Assembly (NCBI RefSeq): GCF_006345805.1
Contig: NC_042997.1
Span: 180,854,001-180,918,000, forward strand
Source of the DNA: Octopus sinensis
Lineage: Eukaryota
Length of the DNA stretch: 64,000 bases
Reading direction: 5' to 3'
The notes under the pieces are model-generated. The model searched no databases. It was not told the DNA's origin and saw nothing but the letters and a program-made list of their open reading frames with translations. Both the position numbers and the translations under genes were made by a program. Shown one piece after another: positions 26,255 through 38,968 of this stretch (the first letter of the stretch is position 1; each line of letters begins with the position of its first letter).

Positions 26255-26622
26255 TTTTACTCTTTACTTTTTTATTTGTTTCGGGCATGATGCTGTGGCC
26301 ATGCTGGAGCACCGCCTTTAGTCGAGCAAATCGGCCCCAGGACTTATTCTTTGTAAGCCTAGTACTTATTCTATCGGTTCTTTTGCCGAACCGCTAAGTT
26401 ACGGCGACGTCAACACAACAGCATTGGTTGTCAAGCGATGTTGGTGGTGGGGAGGGGGGCAAACACAGACACACAAACATATACAGACACATACATATAT
26501 AAATATACATATATACGACGGGTTTCTTTCAGTTTCCGTCTACCAAATCCACTCACAAGGCTTTGGTCGGCCCGAGGCTATAGTAGAAGAGACTTGCCGA
26601 AGGTGCCACGCAGTGGGACTGA
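26255..26622 (-). mobile_element. SINE family A (5'-truncated)
   Basis: Homologous to 1023-1420. Confidence 0.85.
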
Positions 26623-27004
26623 ACATCAACGAGATTAATTAAACAAGCATTACAACAAGATGTCTAACAACAATTATGATCCCTGTTATTGCTTCATGCT
26701 TTTTGTGTTGGATAATATTTCTTATCATCAATTTACCACCAGAGTGATTTAGATTCAAGAACTCTGATCAACAAACGATTTGCCAAAATGTCGTAATGCC
26801 GCGTCCTTCATGCGGCATCAATCTGTACTTAGAGCTAAACAAACTGAAACATTTCACACTTCGGTGTATTACTCACGCTCTCACGTAATCGCACATAAAG
26901 ATTTATCTACGTATTTACTCTCTAGCTAGCTATCTTTCTACCTACCTTTCCATCTATCTCACTGTCTGTCTGTGTGTATGTATGTATCAAGAGAACTAAA
27001 CTAT

Positions 27005-27075
<71 letters not shown>

Positions 27076-27525
27076 TGTTGTTGTTGTTGTTCTAGTAACA
27101 TCACCTGAGGCTTCGAAAGTCGCTTTTGTTTTATAAACCATTTAGGTGTTTTAAAGTGCCATCGAAAATTTGATTAAAAATTAATACTTAAATTAAGCAG
27201 CTAAGACTACAAATACCAGCGGCATACATTTAGTCTTTTGGTATTGCGTTATGGGCAGGTATACCAGGGAGAAATTGTTCTTTATACATGTTATTTAAAA
27301 AGATCGAGAAATGGTTGTTGTATCCTTAAGAATTTCGTTTCGCAACTGAGGTTAGATGCAATAATTTTGCGTAAAATATTTATTAATGACTTCTACATTA
27401 GCTTCGGGTTGACCAATGTATTGTGAGCAAGATTTGCTAGTATTTATATATAGCTGTGTGTGTGTGTGTGTCTTTGGGCAGGATTCACCGGCGAAATGAC
27501 AATGTTTTCCTAACGACAGACATTG

Positions 27526-27797
27526 TTGTTTCTTCCTTCTCGAGCCATGCCGGTTTCCCGGTTTCTTTGGCGTATAGGTTCCCCACCTGTACGGGACGCC
27601 GGTCCGTAGCAAGAGGAAAGAATGAGAGAAAGTTGTGGCGAAAGAGTCAGCAGAAGTTCGCCATTAACTTCTGCCGGAGCCGCATGGAGCTTAAGTGTTT
27701 CGCTCATAAACACGCACATCGCCCGGTCTGAGATTCGAACCCGCGATCTCACGACCGCGAGTCCGCTGCTCTAACCACTAGACCATGTGCCTCCACA
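27526..27797 (-). mobile_element. tRNA-derived SINE related to family B, with TSD
   Basis: Minus head tggtctagtggttagagcagcggactcgcggtc...gggttcgaatc. The 14-bp TSD aacgacagacattg is at 27512-27525 and 27798-27811. Confidence 0.85.
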
Positions 27798-28604
27798 AAC
27801 GACAGACATTGCGTTAACAATGTCATCTGTAGTAAGTTTCAAATTAACTTTTTCTCATTCTTCCTCTCAATTTGTATTGAACCTGTAACAGGCTCATTGA
27901 AATAATACGACCAACCAAAGGATTATAGCGCACACCAACAGCTAAATGCAAAAACCGAAAGGCGTCATCGAAAAGTAAATCTCAGCTTCCCGAGAGCTGA
28001 AGACAACCGTACTGCCTTTGTTCTCGCATGAATTACAAAATGAGATAGAATACGGCACTTATTAGAACATACAAACTTGTCAAACATGAAATAAACGAAA
28101 CACTTTGGAGAATTGCAGTTTGTTTTATTAATCGGAGCATCGTTATACAGAACTGAAATGCTTCCTTTGCAATCTGAAACAGTTGCTTTCTGAAGATGGT
28201 TTGGTTGACACTATAAACAAACTCGAAAGGTTCTGCCACTAAGCATAAACATAAAAGTTAGAAGATAAACATAACATGGTTATTCATTACGTACTTGTTG
28301 ACTCCTTTCCGTAAGTAAACGAAATGCTGTATTTTTACGATCATTATTTTCTTTTTCGGCAACTATGTTGAATTTCTGTTTTATGTTCGACTTCTCTCTC
28401 TCTCTCTCTCTCATTATATTATTATTTGTCTTTATTTATTACCTCATATAGCTCACGTGAATATATCTAACACTAACACTGGTGTTCTGTTAATATAAAA
28501 GCAATATCGTTTATCTTTTGAAAATTGTGTTCAACGTAGATGGTTGAGGTAAATCATTACTCGTCTTGATATTCTAACGTAAATTGTCTGGTACATCACG
28601 TCAC

Positions 28605-28754
28605 TATTTACATTATTTACATTCGACGGATATTTGTCCTCATCTTGTTTGTTGTTAACACAACGTTTCGGCTGATATACCCTCCAGCCTTCTTCAGGTG
28701 TCTTGGGGAAATTTCAAACCTGGGTTCTCATTCTTAAGGTATTCTTCGATGTTG

Positions 28755-28820
<66 letters not shown>

Positions 28821-28883
28821 TCACTGCTTGGAATCGAACTCGGAATCTTGAGCCCGCGCTCTTATGCCATATGCCATATGCCC
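28605..28883 (-). mobile_element. tRNA-headed hammerhead SINE (tRNA-like head, (AAT)n, HHR, tail)
   Basis: Minus strand: gggcatatggc...gagttcgattc (B box), (AAT)n, then an HHR at 28657-28702. Homologous pieces are at 29030-29143, 46820-47000 and 47560-47760. Confidence 0.75.
28657..28702 (-). ncRNA. Minimal type-I hammerhead ribozyme with loop-less palindromic stem III
   Basis: gacac-CTGAAGA-a-ggctg(gagggtatat)cagcc-GAAAC-GTT-gtgtt. Confidence 0.72.
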
Positions 28884-29029
28884 GTGGGCAATTATGGAGT
28901 GAATTTTAGGGCTTATGAATATAATATTTTTCTATCCTTCCATAATAGTGGTTCCCATATGCTGCTCACATCTACACTCGGTCTGTTTAGGAGGTTGTTG
29001 TGTCCTAGCATATGTGCTGCTTCTTTTAG

Positions 29030-29143
29030 AATGCTGGAAGGTATTTCAGCCGAAACGTTGTGATAATAACAAACAAGATGAAGACAAATATCCGTCGAAT
29101 GTAAATAATGTACATAATTCAATATCTCTTAAATATAGAACTG
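29030..29143 (+). mobile_element. Inverted 3' part of the tRNA-HHR SINE (3' half of HHR only)
   Basis: gctggaaggtatttcagccGAAACGTTgtg...gacaaatatccgtcgaatgtaaataatg mirrors 28605-28690. Confidence 0.7.
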
Positions 29144-29651
29144 TATCATCACAACACTGTTCAGAATATAAGAGTGAGCGAGTTGAATTTACATTTCAAT
29201 GTGTAAGGATCAATGAAACAATTGTTTCTTTCAAAACTGTCTGAGATTGGTCGTGAAGATTTTTTCATTTCCCCAGTCACCCCCAAAAGCCATTAAAAAA
29301 ATCGATAAACCGACCCCTTATGTTCATAACTTATGGGTATATCCATTCAAAATCGCTAAAACATAGAAATTTGTACGCGATGCGTGCGTAAAGCTAGATA
29401 CATCAATAGACAGCCAGCTGTTATTTGACTGGACGGAGATAATTTTACCCTTGACAGTTTAAAGCGCGTGCGCATTTGCAGACAGTCTGTATGGCTCAGC
29501 GCATTGTTTTGGTTTGCGAAGACGCGTTATCATGTGCTTTGACTTTCAAACGTGGTCGCATTTTTGATTCGAGAAATGCAGGGAATAATTAATGAGTTAG
29601 ACCAAGTGAATGACGAGGGAGCGGGATTTTCATGAAAGACCAAATATGGTT

Positions 29652-29692
29652 GACTAGCACTAGACCCAGTAATGCCGGGTCATAGTGCTAGT
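29652..29692 (+). mobile_element. Helitron-like 3' end (hairpin plus CTAG)
   Basis: actagcactagaccc..gggtcatagtgctagt fold-back ending CTAG|T. The 5' end could not be defined. Confidence 0.4.
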
Positions 29693-30390
29693 ATATATAT
29701 ATATAATATATATATATATATTATATATATATATACACACAAATATATATATATATATATCAACTCTTGCGTTCAGACAATTTATTCCTTGTACATAAGA
29801 GCATTCGTAACACTTTATAAGCTTTTGTTTGCTACTCCACTCCCTTAAATATCATACAAAACAAAAACAAAAGGCCCTATACGTTTGAAGGCAGAGAAAT
29901 GTGTAGTAACGGAATATTAGGATTATTCATAATGTCCCCTGGGGAGATTACTTGAGTGCTGCCATTATATGCATATTTATATTTAATTAATTTTTATTTA
30001 ATTAGCTAGCTGCCGAACAGAAATCGAAACTGCATCACAAGCTACAGTTGCCAGAAGCCATACTCTTTTTCTTTAGAGTGCATGACGCACTTAACTCTTA
30101 ATACAATTTTATTCCAGTGCTACAGGTGTTTCTGCCTTGAAGCTATTTTAAAGACGAATCATATTTTCGTTGCTTCAAAATGTATTCTTTCATCTAATCG
30201 CGTGTATATGAAGCTACAGTTTTATATATAATTTCCTTTTTATTTAAACTGTTTTGATTTCTGTCCTCATTCGGCATAATGCTAGTTTTAAGGATGTGCC
30301 ATTTTGTATATATGTACATACATATATATTATGTATGTATTATTGGTCATGTATGTATGTATATATGTGTGTATGTATATATGTACGGCA

Positions 30391-30459
<69 letters not shown>

Positions 30460-30506
30460 TGAGAAAGTTGGTATATATATATTTTTTTATTACATGTCTT
30501 GAGTTC

Positions 30507-30570
30507 GTTGCACTGAAGAGCATAGAATGCATATTCTGCATTGATTGCGAAATCACAGGTGATATGTAAC
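30507..30570 (+). ncRNA. Type-I hammerhead ribozyme in a ~230 bp insert between (TA)n tracts
   Basis: gttgca-CTGAAGA-gca(...)tgc-GAAA-tcac(ag)gtga-TA-tgtaac: stem I 6 bp, G10.1-C11.1 pair, 5-bp stem III, AUA triplet. Confidence 0.78.
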
Positions 30571-30691
30571 TAAAGTCTGTTTTTAAATGACTTGCTTTGA
30601 AGTTTTGCATTCGGTACAATTTGTTTATTTTAGTAGTTTTGACTGCAAGAGTCCCTCCTAGCGTGCGGTACCTATGAATAATAGTACCCTC

Positions 30692-30739
<48 letters not shown>

Positions 30740-30939
30740 TATATATATACATATATGTATATTTATTGCACCAGAGAGAAATTATGAAAATGTGGAACCT
30801 GAAATTCGGTACTTTCGTCCAAAACTTACATCAAACATGAACTACGCTTCACCACTTGACTTCTATCTATGCTTTAATTGTATATAACATATACACACAA
30901 GATTCACACAGATTTTGTACGTACATATGATCAGAAACA

Positions 30940-30976
<37 letters not shown>

Positions 30977-31423
30977 CTTCTGTCATACAGAAAAACACAT
31001 ACAGACGAACACACGAATACACATACACACACACAAATGTGCCACATATATAAATGGACGAACATACGTGTGTGCCTCTACGCATATCTTTAATCTTTTC
31101 ACCTTTTACTTCTTTCAGTTATTGTTCTAAAACGCGCTGAGGCACACCTTGAGAAGTTTAGTAAAAACTTTGACACTAGCCTTTATTTTCAAACCTGATA
31201 ACTATTCTATCGATCTCTTTTGCCGACCAGGGACGTAAAGAAACCAACAACAGCCGTCAAGCGTTGGTGGGTGACAAACACAGTCACACACATGCAGATA
31301 GATATATATTCACACATAGCTATACACACACATAGTTATACACATATACTTATGTAACAATATTAATATATATATTATCTTATATTATATTATATTATAT
31401 TATATTATATTATATATATATAT

Positions 31424-31467
<44 letters not shown>

Positions 31468-31560
31468 TAAATAAAGAGATACAATTGACAATCCAATAAT
31501 TTATTATGTTATAATATAACATAATATTCTATGAATATATTATAACATAATTATTAAAAA

Positions 31561-31649
31561 ACCAAAGAAGCTAACAATTTGTTTCGACTTATATACATTT
31601 TTCGATATATAAACAATTCCCTTATATAAGCTTCATCAGAGCCAATGGT
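31561..31649 (-). ncRNA. Type-I hammerhead ribozyme with extended stems I and II
   Basis: acca-ttg-gct-CTGATGA-agcttatata(...)tatataagtc-GAAAC-aaatt-GTT-agc-ttctt-tggt. Its 3' flank runs into (TA)n at ~31460. Confidence 0.72.
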
Positions 31650-32316
31650 TTGAAGATAGACGAAATTCCGTGTGAAAGGACGGCTGAATTGTAAAACAAA
31701 TGTATTCAAATGTCCATGTATTATGAGCGCGAGCGTTAGCCAGTCAACTGCGTATCAATTACGATTAAAAACAGCAACAAAATTATAACGGACAAAATAC
31801 TTAAGTCGACTCTACAACTATAGAAATATAATTCTATACATCTCAAATAGTATAAAACCAAACTCCTGTATGTCGAACACAAACTTTCGATATTATGATA
31901 ACATACAGCAATAATATAAAGACGATTAAGTATCCAGAAACTGTAATAAAACGTGTAAAACATATAAATGATACTTATATTTTTAATATAAAATAACTCA
32001 TCTATTTATTTAAAGTTATTGATATAAAAAAAAAGATTGCTTAAAGTAACAAATAAAAATGTTCATTATTGTTTATCGGAGGGAGAATTCCGTAATAAAT
32101 ATAAATAGATTTGCGATATTTGTATGTTTTCAAGCCTTATGTTGTGAATGTACAAACTTAATACCTGAATTATTTATTTCTCGATTACATATTTTGCTGA
32201 AAAATACTATATGCTTCATCATAACTAATTATTTGTTTACTTCAGTGTATTAATTTTCATTCTTCGTGTAAATATTACATCGACCCCAATAATCGACTCG
32301 TAATTATTTCATTGTT

Positions 32317-32560
32317 GGAGGCGAGTGGCTTAGTGGTTAGGGTGTCAGCATCATGATCGTAAGATTGTTGTTTCGATTCCTGGACCGGGCGACGCGTTGT
32401 GTTCTTGAGCAAAACACTTCATTTCACGTTGCTCCAGTCCATTCAGCTGGCAAAAATGAGTAACGCTGCGATGGACTGGTGTCCCATCCACCTGGGGAAC
32501 ACATACGCCATAGAAACCGGGCCCATGAGCCTGGCTAGGATTTAAAAGGGCGCATTTATT
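32317..32560 (+). mobile_element. tRNA-derived SINE family D
   Basis: A box tggcttagtgg, B box gtttcgattc, ttgtgttcttgagcaaaacactt core, and a gcgatggactggtgtcccatcca (V-domain-like) segment. Confidence 0.8.
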
Positions 32561-33285
32561 ATTTTTTTTTTGTTTAAATTATTTCATCGACACCGATGCT
32601 TAACCTGCAAAGACAATTCTGTATCTGTACAGTTCATTTCGAAACGTTAATGCCTTGAGGAATATTGTTAGGTAACGGATTTTCTGGAAATTATCCACCG
32701 TCTCCAGCATGAGTGTCCTCCGGAACAGACAAGTTAGTTCATTTTCATGGACCAGCCTGTAATCTTCGACAGAACGTCAACTTCTAACTTCTACCAACCA
32801 CCTTATCTGACTACTAAGAGGTTGTGTGCGCTCGATGACATTCCAGACGCTAAGCGCTCTCCCTCGATCTTCGCTTCACCTAACACAGCGCTCTACCTCG
32901 ATCTTCGCTTCACCTAACACTGCAACCCTGTCAAAGAGATCGGTTGTAGAAACATTGTGTCTCAAAAACGGTAACCGTTTTCTACCGTCATGTCTCATAA
33001 TTTTCTAATTCTGCGTCATGCTAATTTCTGAGTATTACTACTTTATTTTTAGATCTGGTGGCTTACACATATATTTATGTACATCCACATTCAAGTGACT
33101 TTTATATTGTCATTAAGTCTATATGTCTTCTTCACAATAATTAGATTATTAATTTACATGTTATGAAATGTTAATTTCATAACATTTTAATTGTTAATTT
33201 AAATGTTATGAAAAAAACGGTTGGTCATGAGAAAATCATGGAAAAATATCTGTGAAATTACTAATATGGTGTTTTATATATATAT

Positions 33286-33324
<39 letters not shown>

Positions 33325-35367
33325 TGTGTGTGTGTGTGTGTGCAATATATATGTGCACGTATGTAAGTGTGTTGGTTTTTGTGCTCGACTACAACTAACT
33401 AAATTACACTGAAGCGAATGAGGGAGACTACCAATTCGTTCCTGATGCTAGACAAATCATCTTATACAACACTAAATTCTTTAGATATACTAAAGGATAA
33501 AATGGATAAAGTAGTTTTAGATATTATATGTTGACTTGTATTTCATTAAACAACATCAATAACTGTTTTATGTTTAATCATTAAAGATATGCACTCAGAA
33601 AGAGATTATTTTCTTATAATATTATAATTATTCATTCATTGAAGCGTACTACTGATTAAGAAATTCTGTTTATCAGAAACACGGACAGAAGATTTTTGGT
33701 TTTATTTCGGCTAATTGGTGAATGACTTTCTTTTTTAATTATTAACAGAAGATAAAAAGGTAAAAGTTCGTGCTTATAAATGTATGTATGTGCATAAGCG
33801 GACGTCAGAAATAGCTATTTGTGATATCAGATTTACCGTTCCCGTAAACATATGCTTCTACCTGATTCAAATAAAAACCTTCCTTTGCTTAAGTTGTTAG
33901 CTTGTAAAATAAAAAAGAAAACGTACTGAGTATATTGGGCAATAAACTAAGAGGAAAATATATACTGTTAATAAAAAAACATTGTTTATGTATCATGTTA
34001 TTGCTTCAAGTGTTTATATTGCTATTTTATTGATGCATGCAAGAAGATTTCATGCTTCATAATTTGCTAATCCAACTCGTGTTTAATGGATGCAGGTATT
34101 GCTACATATTGTAGATCGAGTGGTGTATATGCATCCACTTACGCACAAACAGAATTTCATGAGACTTTTACTGCGGTTTAACTTTATATGACTCCTTCGT
34201 GATCTTTATATTTACTGAATGCTACCTATAATCCGTGTTTTGATCGTGAATCACGCCGAAGGATCAAGTCAAAAGAGACTGGCTGTCGAAATTGTAGTCC
34301 CTAGCTTTTAAAAATCCGTTATTGGGAAAAGATTTCAAGTGCATTCTATTAAAGAATACACCAGTAGATTACTGGTTAATTAAAAAACGAAGGAACTGTA
34401 TATGACTGGACGTGGGTTAGTTATTGTTGTTACGATTTTTTTTCTTACTGCTCTTGCTGTGTTTGTGGTTGCTTATCTACAGGTCATACTCTACGTGAAC
34501 AGACCTACTGCCGGTGACTATAGAACCAAGTGAACTCCATCCATTTCAGGCATAGTACATCGTAACCTACATTATCAAATACACCATTCAATTTATTTTG
34601 GAAGTAAAACATCATTTAACAAATCTTTGGCAGCAAATTTGGCAGACGCTGATGATAAACTTCAACTCGCAAGACTTTCTGGATGCCACACCTAACGAAA
34701 AATGACAAGTGCGGCTCACTTGATTACATCTCATGCTTCCCAATGATCAGACATGCTTGACACAGAGGTTCTCTCCTTCGCTAAAGTGGGGAGATGTTCT
34801 CAGTTAAGTATAGTCTGAGTTAGTTGAAATTCAATTGAAATAGCAAGTGTTAAATATTATAGAATGAAACACGGTGTTGACAGATCGGATGGCCGCAAAG
34901 CAGACGATAACTATTCGTTCGTGTGTTACATCGGTTTATGGCTTAATCATCGATTTACTTCAGTAACACAAGATGTCAGAAATATAGGGAATAAATAGGG
35001 AAAAATGAAAAACGAAATAAGTATACAAAAAATTAAACGTCAAATTGTGAATTGAAAATAAAGTGAACAATATTAATATGTTCAGTTCATGAGAGAAAGC
35101 AAGAAATTCAAGTTGACAGTTTTATGGGGAATTGCAAACTTGACACAAACTTAATCAACAAACACGTCTGTTTTAAGAGTTTTATGGAAAACGGTTTCAA
35201 TTTCAGAATGTATTGAATTTAATTCATAATAAAATATAAAAGCCAGAAAGAGTTATTTATTGCCTCATATATTATTTATGTATACAAACACGTAAACGCC
35301 AACTCGAACACTCATATATGCCCATGTTCCTAGATAGCTTATATATGGGGAGGAGTGCGCGCGTGTG

Positions 35368-35500
<133 letters not shown>

Positions 35501-36359
35501 ATTAACAGTCAGATATCGAAACATAATTGCAGGGAAAAGGTATAAGAGAAATTATGCTCTGAATTCTCAACTGATATTATCTAATTCTAGTTAAAGTTCT
35601 CAGAATTAGTAAATCAAGGAATTCACAATAAATGGGCACACACACATCTAATTGTCTGTTTTTATACATCTTTTATGGTTTGTTTATAAATATATGCGCG
35701 CACACGCACACACAGACACACACACACATATATATACATATAGATATATATATATTATATACAAGCATGGGAAATTGCTGTCATACGAATTCTACTTCAC
35801 AACATAAATTTCAAATATTTCAATGATATTTTCTGAAGTAAATATGGCTGTAGGCGTCAATGAAACAAGGAATTAATATAAAATTTACTTTAATTTTTTT
35901 TTTTCTGCGACAATCGTATACGGTGAAGAATTGAATAATGAATAAATTAACCAATTCATATACTCATATTTTTTTCCAAATATATATGTATATGTGTGCA
36001 TGTGAATGTATGTGTATTCTTCTCGTACTGTGCAATTCATCTTCATCATACACACCATCATCATCATATACATCATCATCATTATTGTCGTAGTCGTCAT
36101 AATTATCTTTATTAATATCATTAACAATAATAATATCATTAACGATAATAATAATAATAATAATAATAACAGCAATCAAAACAACTGCAACAATAACAGT
36201 AATAACAACAACAATAACAATAATAAATATAATCCTTTCTGCTATAGGAACTAGGCCTGAAATTTGGAGGAGGGTATAGTCATTTACATCGATCCCAGTA
36301 CTTAGCTGGTGCCTATTTTATCGAACCCGAAAGATGAAAGGCAGAGTAGACCACAGCGA

Positions 36360-36419
<60 letters not shown>

Positions 36420-36458
36420 TATAATAATAATAATAATAATAATAATATAATAATAATA

Positions 36459-36552
<94 letters not shown>

Positions 36553-36570
36553 GTGGTCAAGTGGTTAGCA

Positions 36571-36642
36571 TCCCATGTGGTCTAGTGGTTAGTATTCCTG
36601 GCTTTCACCCAGGAGGCCCGGTTTCGATTCCCGGCATGGGAA
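36571..36642 (+). tRNA. tRNA-Glu: tRNA-Glu(TTC) copy, probably a pseudogene
   Basis: Acceptor stem TCCCATG/CATGGGA. Anticodon arm CCTGG-CT TTC AC-CCAGG. T loop TTCGATT. Mismatches in the D stem and at G53 (G>T). No oligo-T terminator follows. Confidence 0.8.
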
Positions 36643-36646
36643 CGCT

Positions 36647-36966
36647 ATGCCCTGATGCAGTACCAGGCAGTGGCCTTCATGCCTTCTGATCTTAACTGAT
36701 TGGAAGTGTTATCATATACTTTGTTTTGTCTTGGTATAAAAGATGGGCTACAGCAAATATTCTGCTCAATACCACAGATTTGCTTGTCAGTTTTTTTACC
36801 TTAACCAGTTGAGCATGTCCCTTAGTGGCTGACAATATGTGCATCTCTGACCACGAGCAGAAGTAGTAGAGGAGAGTTATAACCATGTGTTGAGAGGGAT
36901 TCTCTGGAGTTTGAATAATTCCCCTCGGGAAACATAGGTGTTTCGTTCAACCTCCTTAAATAACCT
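36647..36966 (+). mobile_element. Partial copy of the ~550 bp (ATT)n-associated element, directly after tRNA-Glu
   Basis: Reverse complement of ~10870-11189. Confidence 0.75.
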
Positions 36967-37048
36967 CTGTCACTTTTGTGACCTCTGTTAATTTTGCGTT
37001 TAGCTTCTAATTGCTAATAAGCCACCGTTTTAATTTGTTATATATATA

Positions 37049-37103
<55 letters not shown>

Positions 37104-37125
37104 ATAATATATATATATAGATTGT

Positions 37126-37350
37126 GTTAACTGTTTCAATCATTTGACTGCGGCCATGTTGGATACAGCCTTAAAGGCTTTTTAGTCGAAGAAATCGACC
37201 CCAGATCATATTCTTTGTAAGCCCAGTATTTATTCTATCGATCTTTTATACAGAACTGCCAAGTTACAGGGGCGTAAACATACCAACGTCTGCTGTCAAG
37301 CGATGACGGTAGGGGGCAAACAAAGACGGAGACACACATAAATATATACA

Positions 37351-37394
<44 letters not shown>

Positions 37395-37812
37395 TTAAAT
37401 GAGGTATGACTGCCCTTACTGCCGAAACAGCTGTCAGATATGATATAATCACATATTTTATTTTATATTTTATATTTCTATTTCCTTGTCTATTTATATT
37501 TACTATATATTTTGTATAATGCCTTTACTGATATGTAATGGTGTAATAAAGTATTGATTGGGTATCATCTGTTAGTTGATGTTTTATTGATTTAAGTATG
37601 TTTCTCCATTTTCTAATTTTGTAGTATATATATATATATATATATATATGACGGGATTCTTTTAGTTTCCCTCTACCAAATCCACACACAAAGCCTTGAT
37701 CGGCCCGAGGCTATTGTAAAACTCATTCGCCGAAAGTGCCACGCAGTAGGACTGTACGCGGAAACATGTGGGTCGGAAGCAAACTTCTCACTACACAGCC
37801 GTGGCTGCGCCT
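37126..37812 (-). mobile_element. SINE family A interrupted in its TA tract by a ~230 bp insert with a decayed HHR (37396-37439)
   Basis: SINE halves at 37126-37350 and 37649-37812. The insert contains aATGA-ggta..tgcc-GAAAC-AGCT-GTC-agat. Confidence 0.7.
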
Positions 37813-37828
37813 ATATACATGCATATGT

Positions 37829-37859
<31 letters not shown>

Positions 37860-38569
37860 CACAAAATATCTAAGGATAGTACTTCAAACTTCACATTTTA
37901 AGCACTTGTATGTAAAATTTTAAACATATATTCCTATCACTTTCTTCTCTCTTTCTCTTTCTCCCTCTCTCCCTGTCCTTCTGTCACACGCGTGTACGTG
38001 TGTCTATGTGTGTCTGAGAAAGGCAAACAAATAGAAAGAGCGTAAGAATGACTGACAGACAGAGCTCGTATTTTCTACTTCTTACGACAGACAAAATTAC
38101 GACTGTTCCCCAGACTTTGGTTGTTGTTGCTATTACTTTTATTTCCACCGATGTGTCATCACCGATTGAGATTTGTGATTGGTTCCTGACTCATGCCCGG
38201 CAATAATGTATATTGATTTTATTGCTAATTTGTCATTAACTAGTAGTATATCTAGTAATTATTTGAAAAAGATATACATCATACCCAGTACTCGAAGGAA
38301 TATCATTTGATATATTCGATAATGTCGCATTAGATTCATAGTAACTGCGATAACTCATATGAAAGTAGTGAATTGTCGAGTCTGAAATGTTTCAGGATGC
38401 TTTATCTAAAGGCATAATTATTTTTTACAGAGGATCCTAATTAGATAAGTCGTTAGAACAACTGGAAACCGAGGCATCATAGAAAGTATCACTATTTAGT
38501 CAATATTGATGGCATTTGTGCTTGAAACAAGAGCGAAATCTCGTTCAACTCACTTCCCAAAGCTTTTAA

Positions 38570-38601
<32 letters not shown>

Positions 38602-38703
38602 TAGATAGATAGATAGATAGATAGGTAGGCATGTATGTATATATATGTAGGTAGGAAGATAGACAGGTAGATAAGTAGGTAGGTAGCAAGCTATCTATCT
38701 AGG

Positions 38704-38766
<63 letters not shown>

Positions 38767-38845
38767 GTAGGCATGTATGTATATATATGTAGGTAGGAAG
38801 ATAGACAGGTAGATAAGTAGGTAGGTAGCAAGCTATCTATCTAGG

Positions 38846-38883
<38 letters not shown>

Positions 38884-38884
38884 T

Positions 38885-38968
<84 letters not shown>

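Noticed and set aside
28185-28240. CTGAAGA...GAAAGGTTC hammerhead-like motif
   Set aside because: Stem I cannot form and the base of stem II is mismatched.
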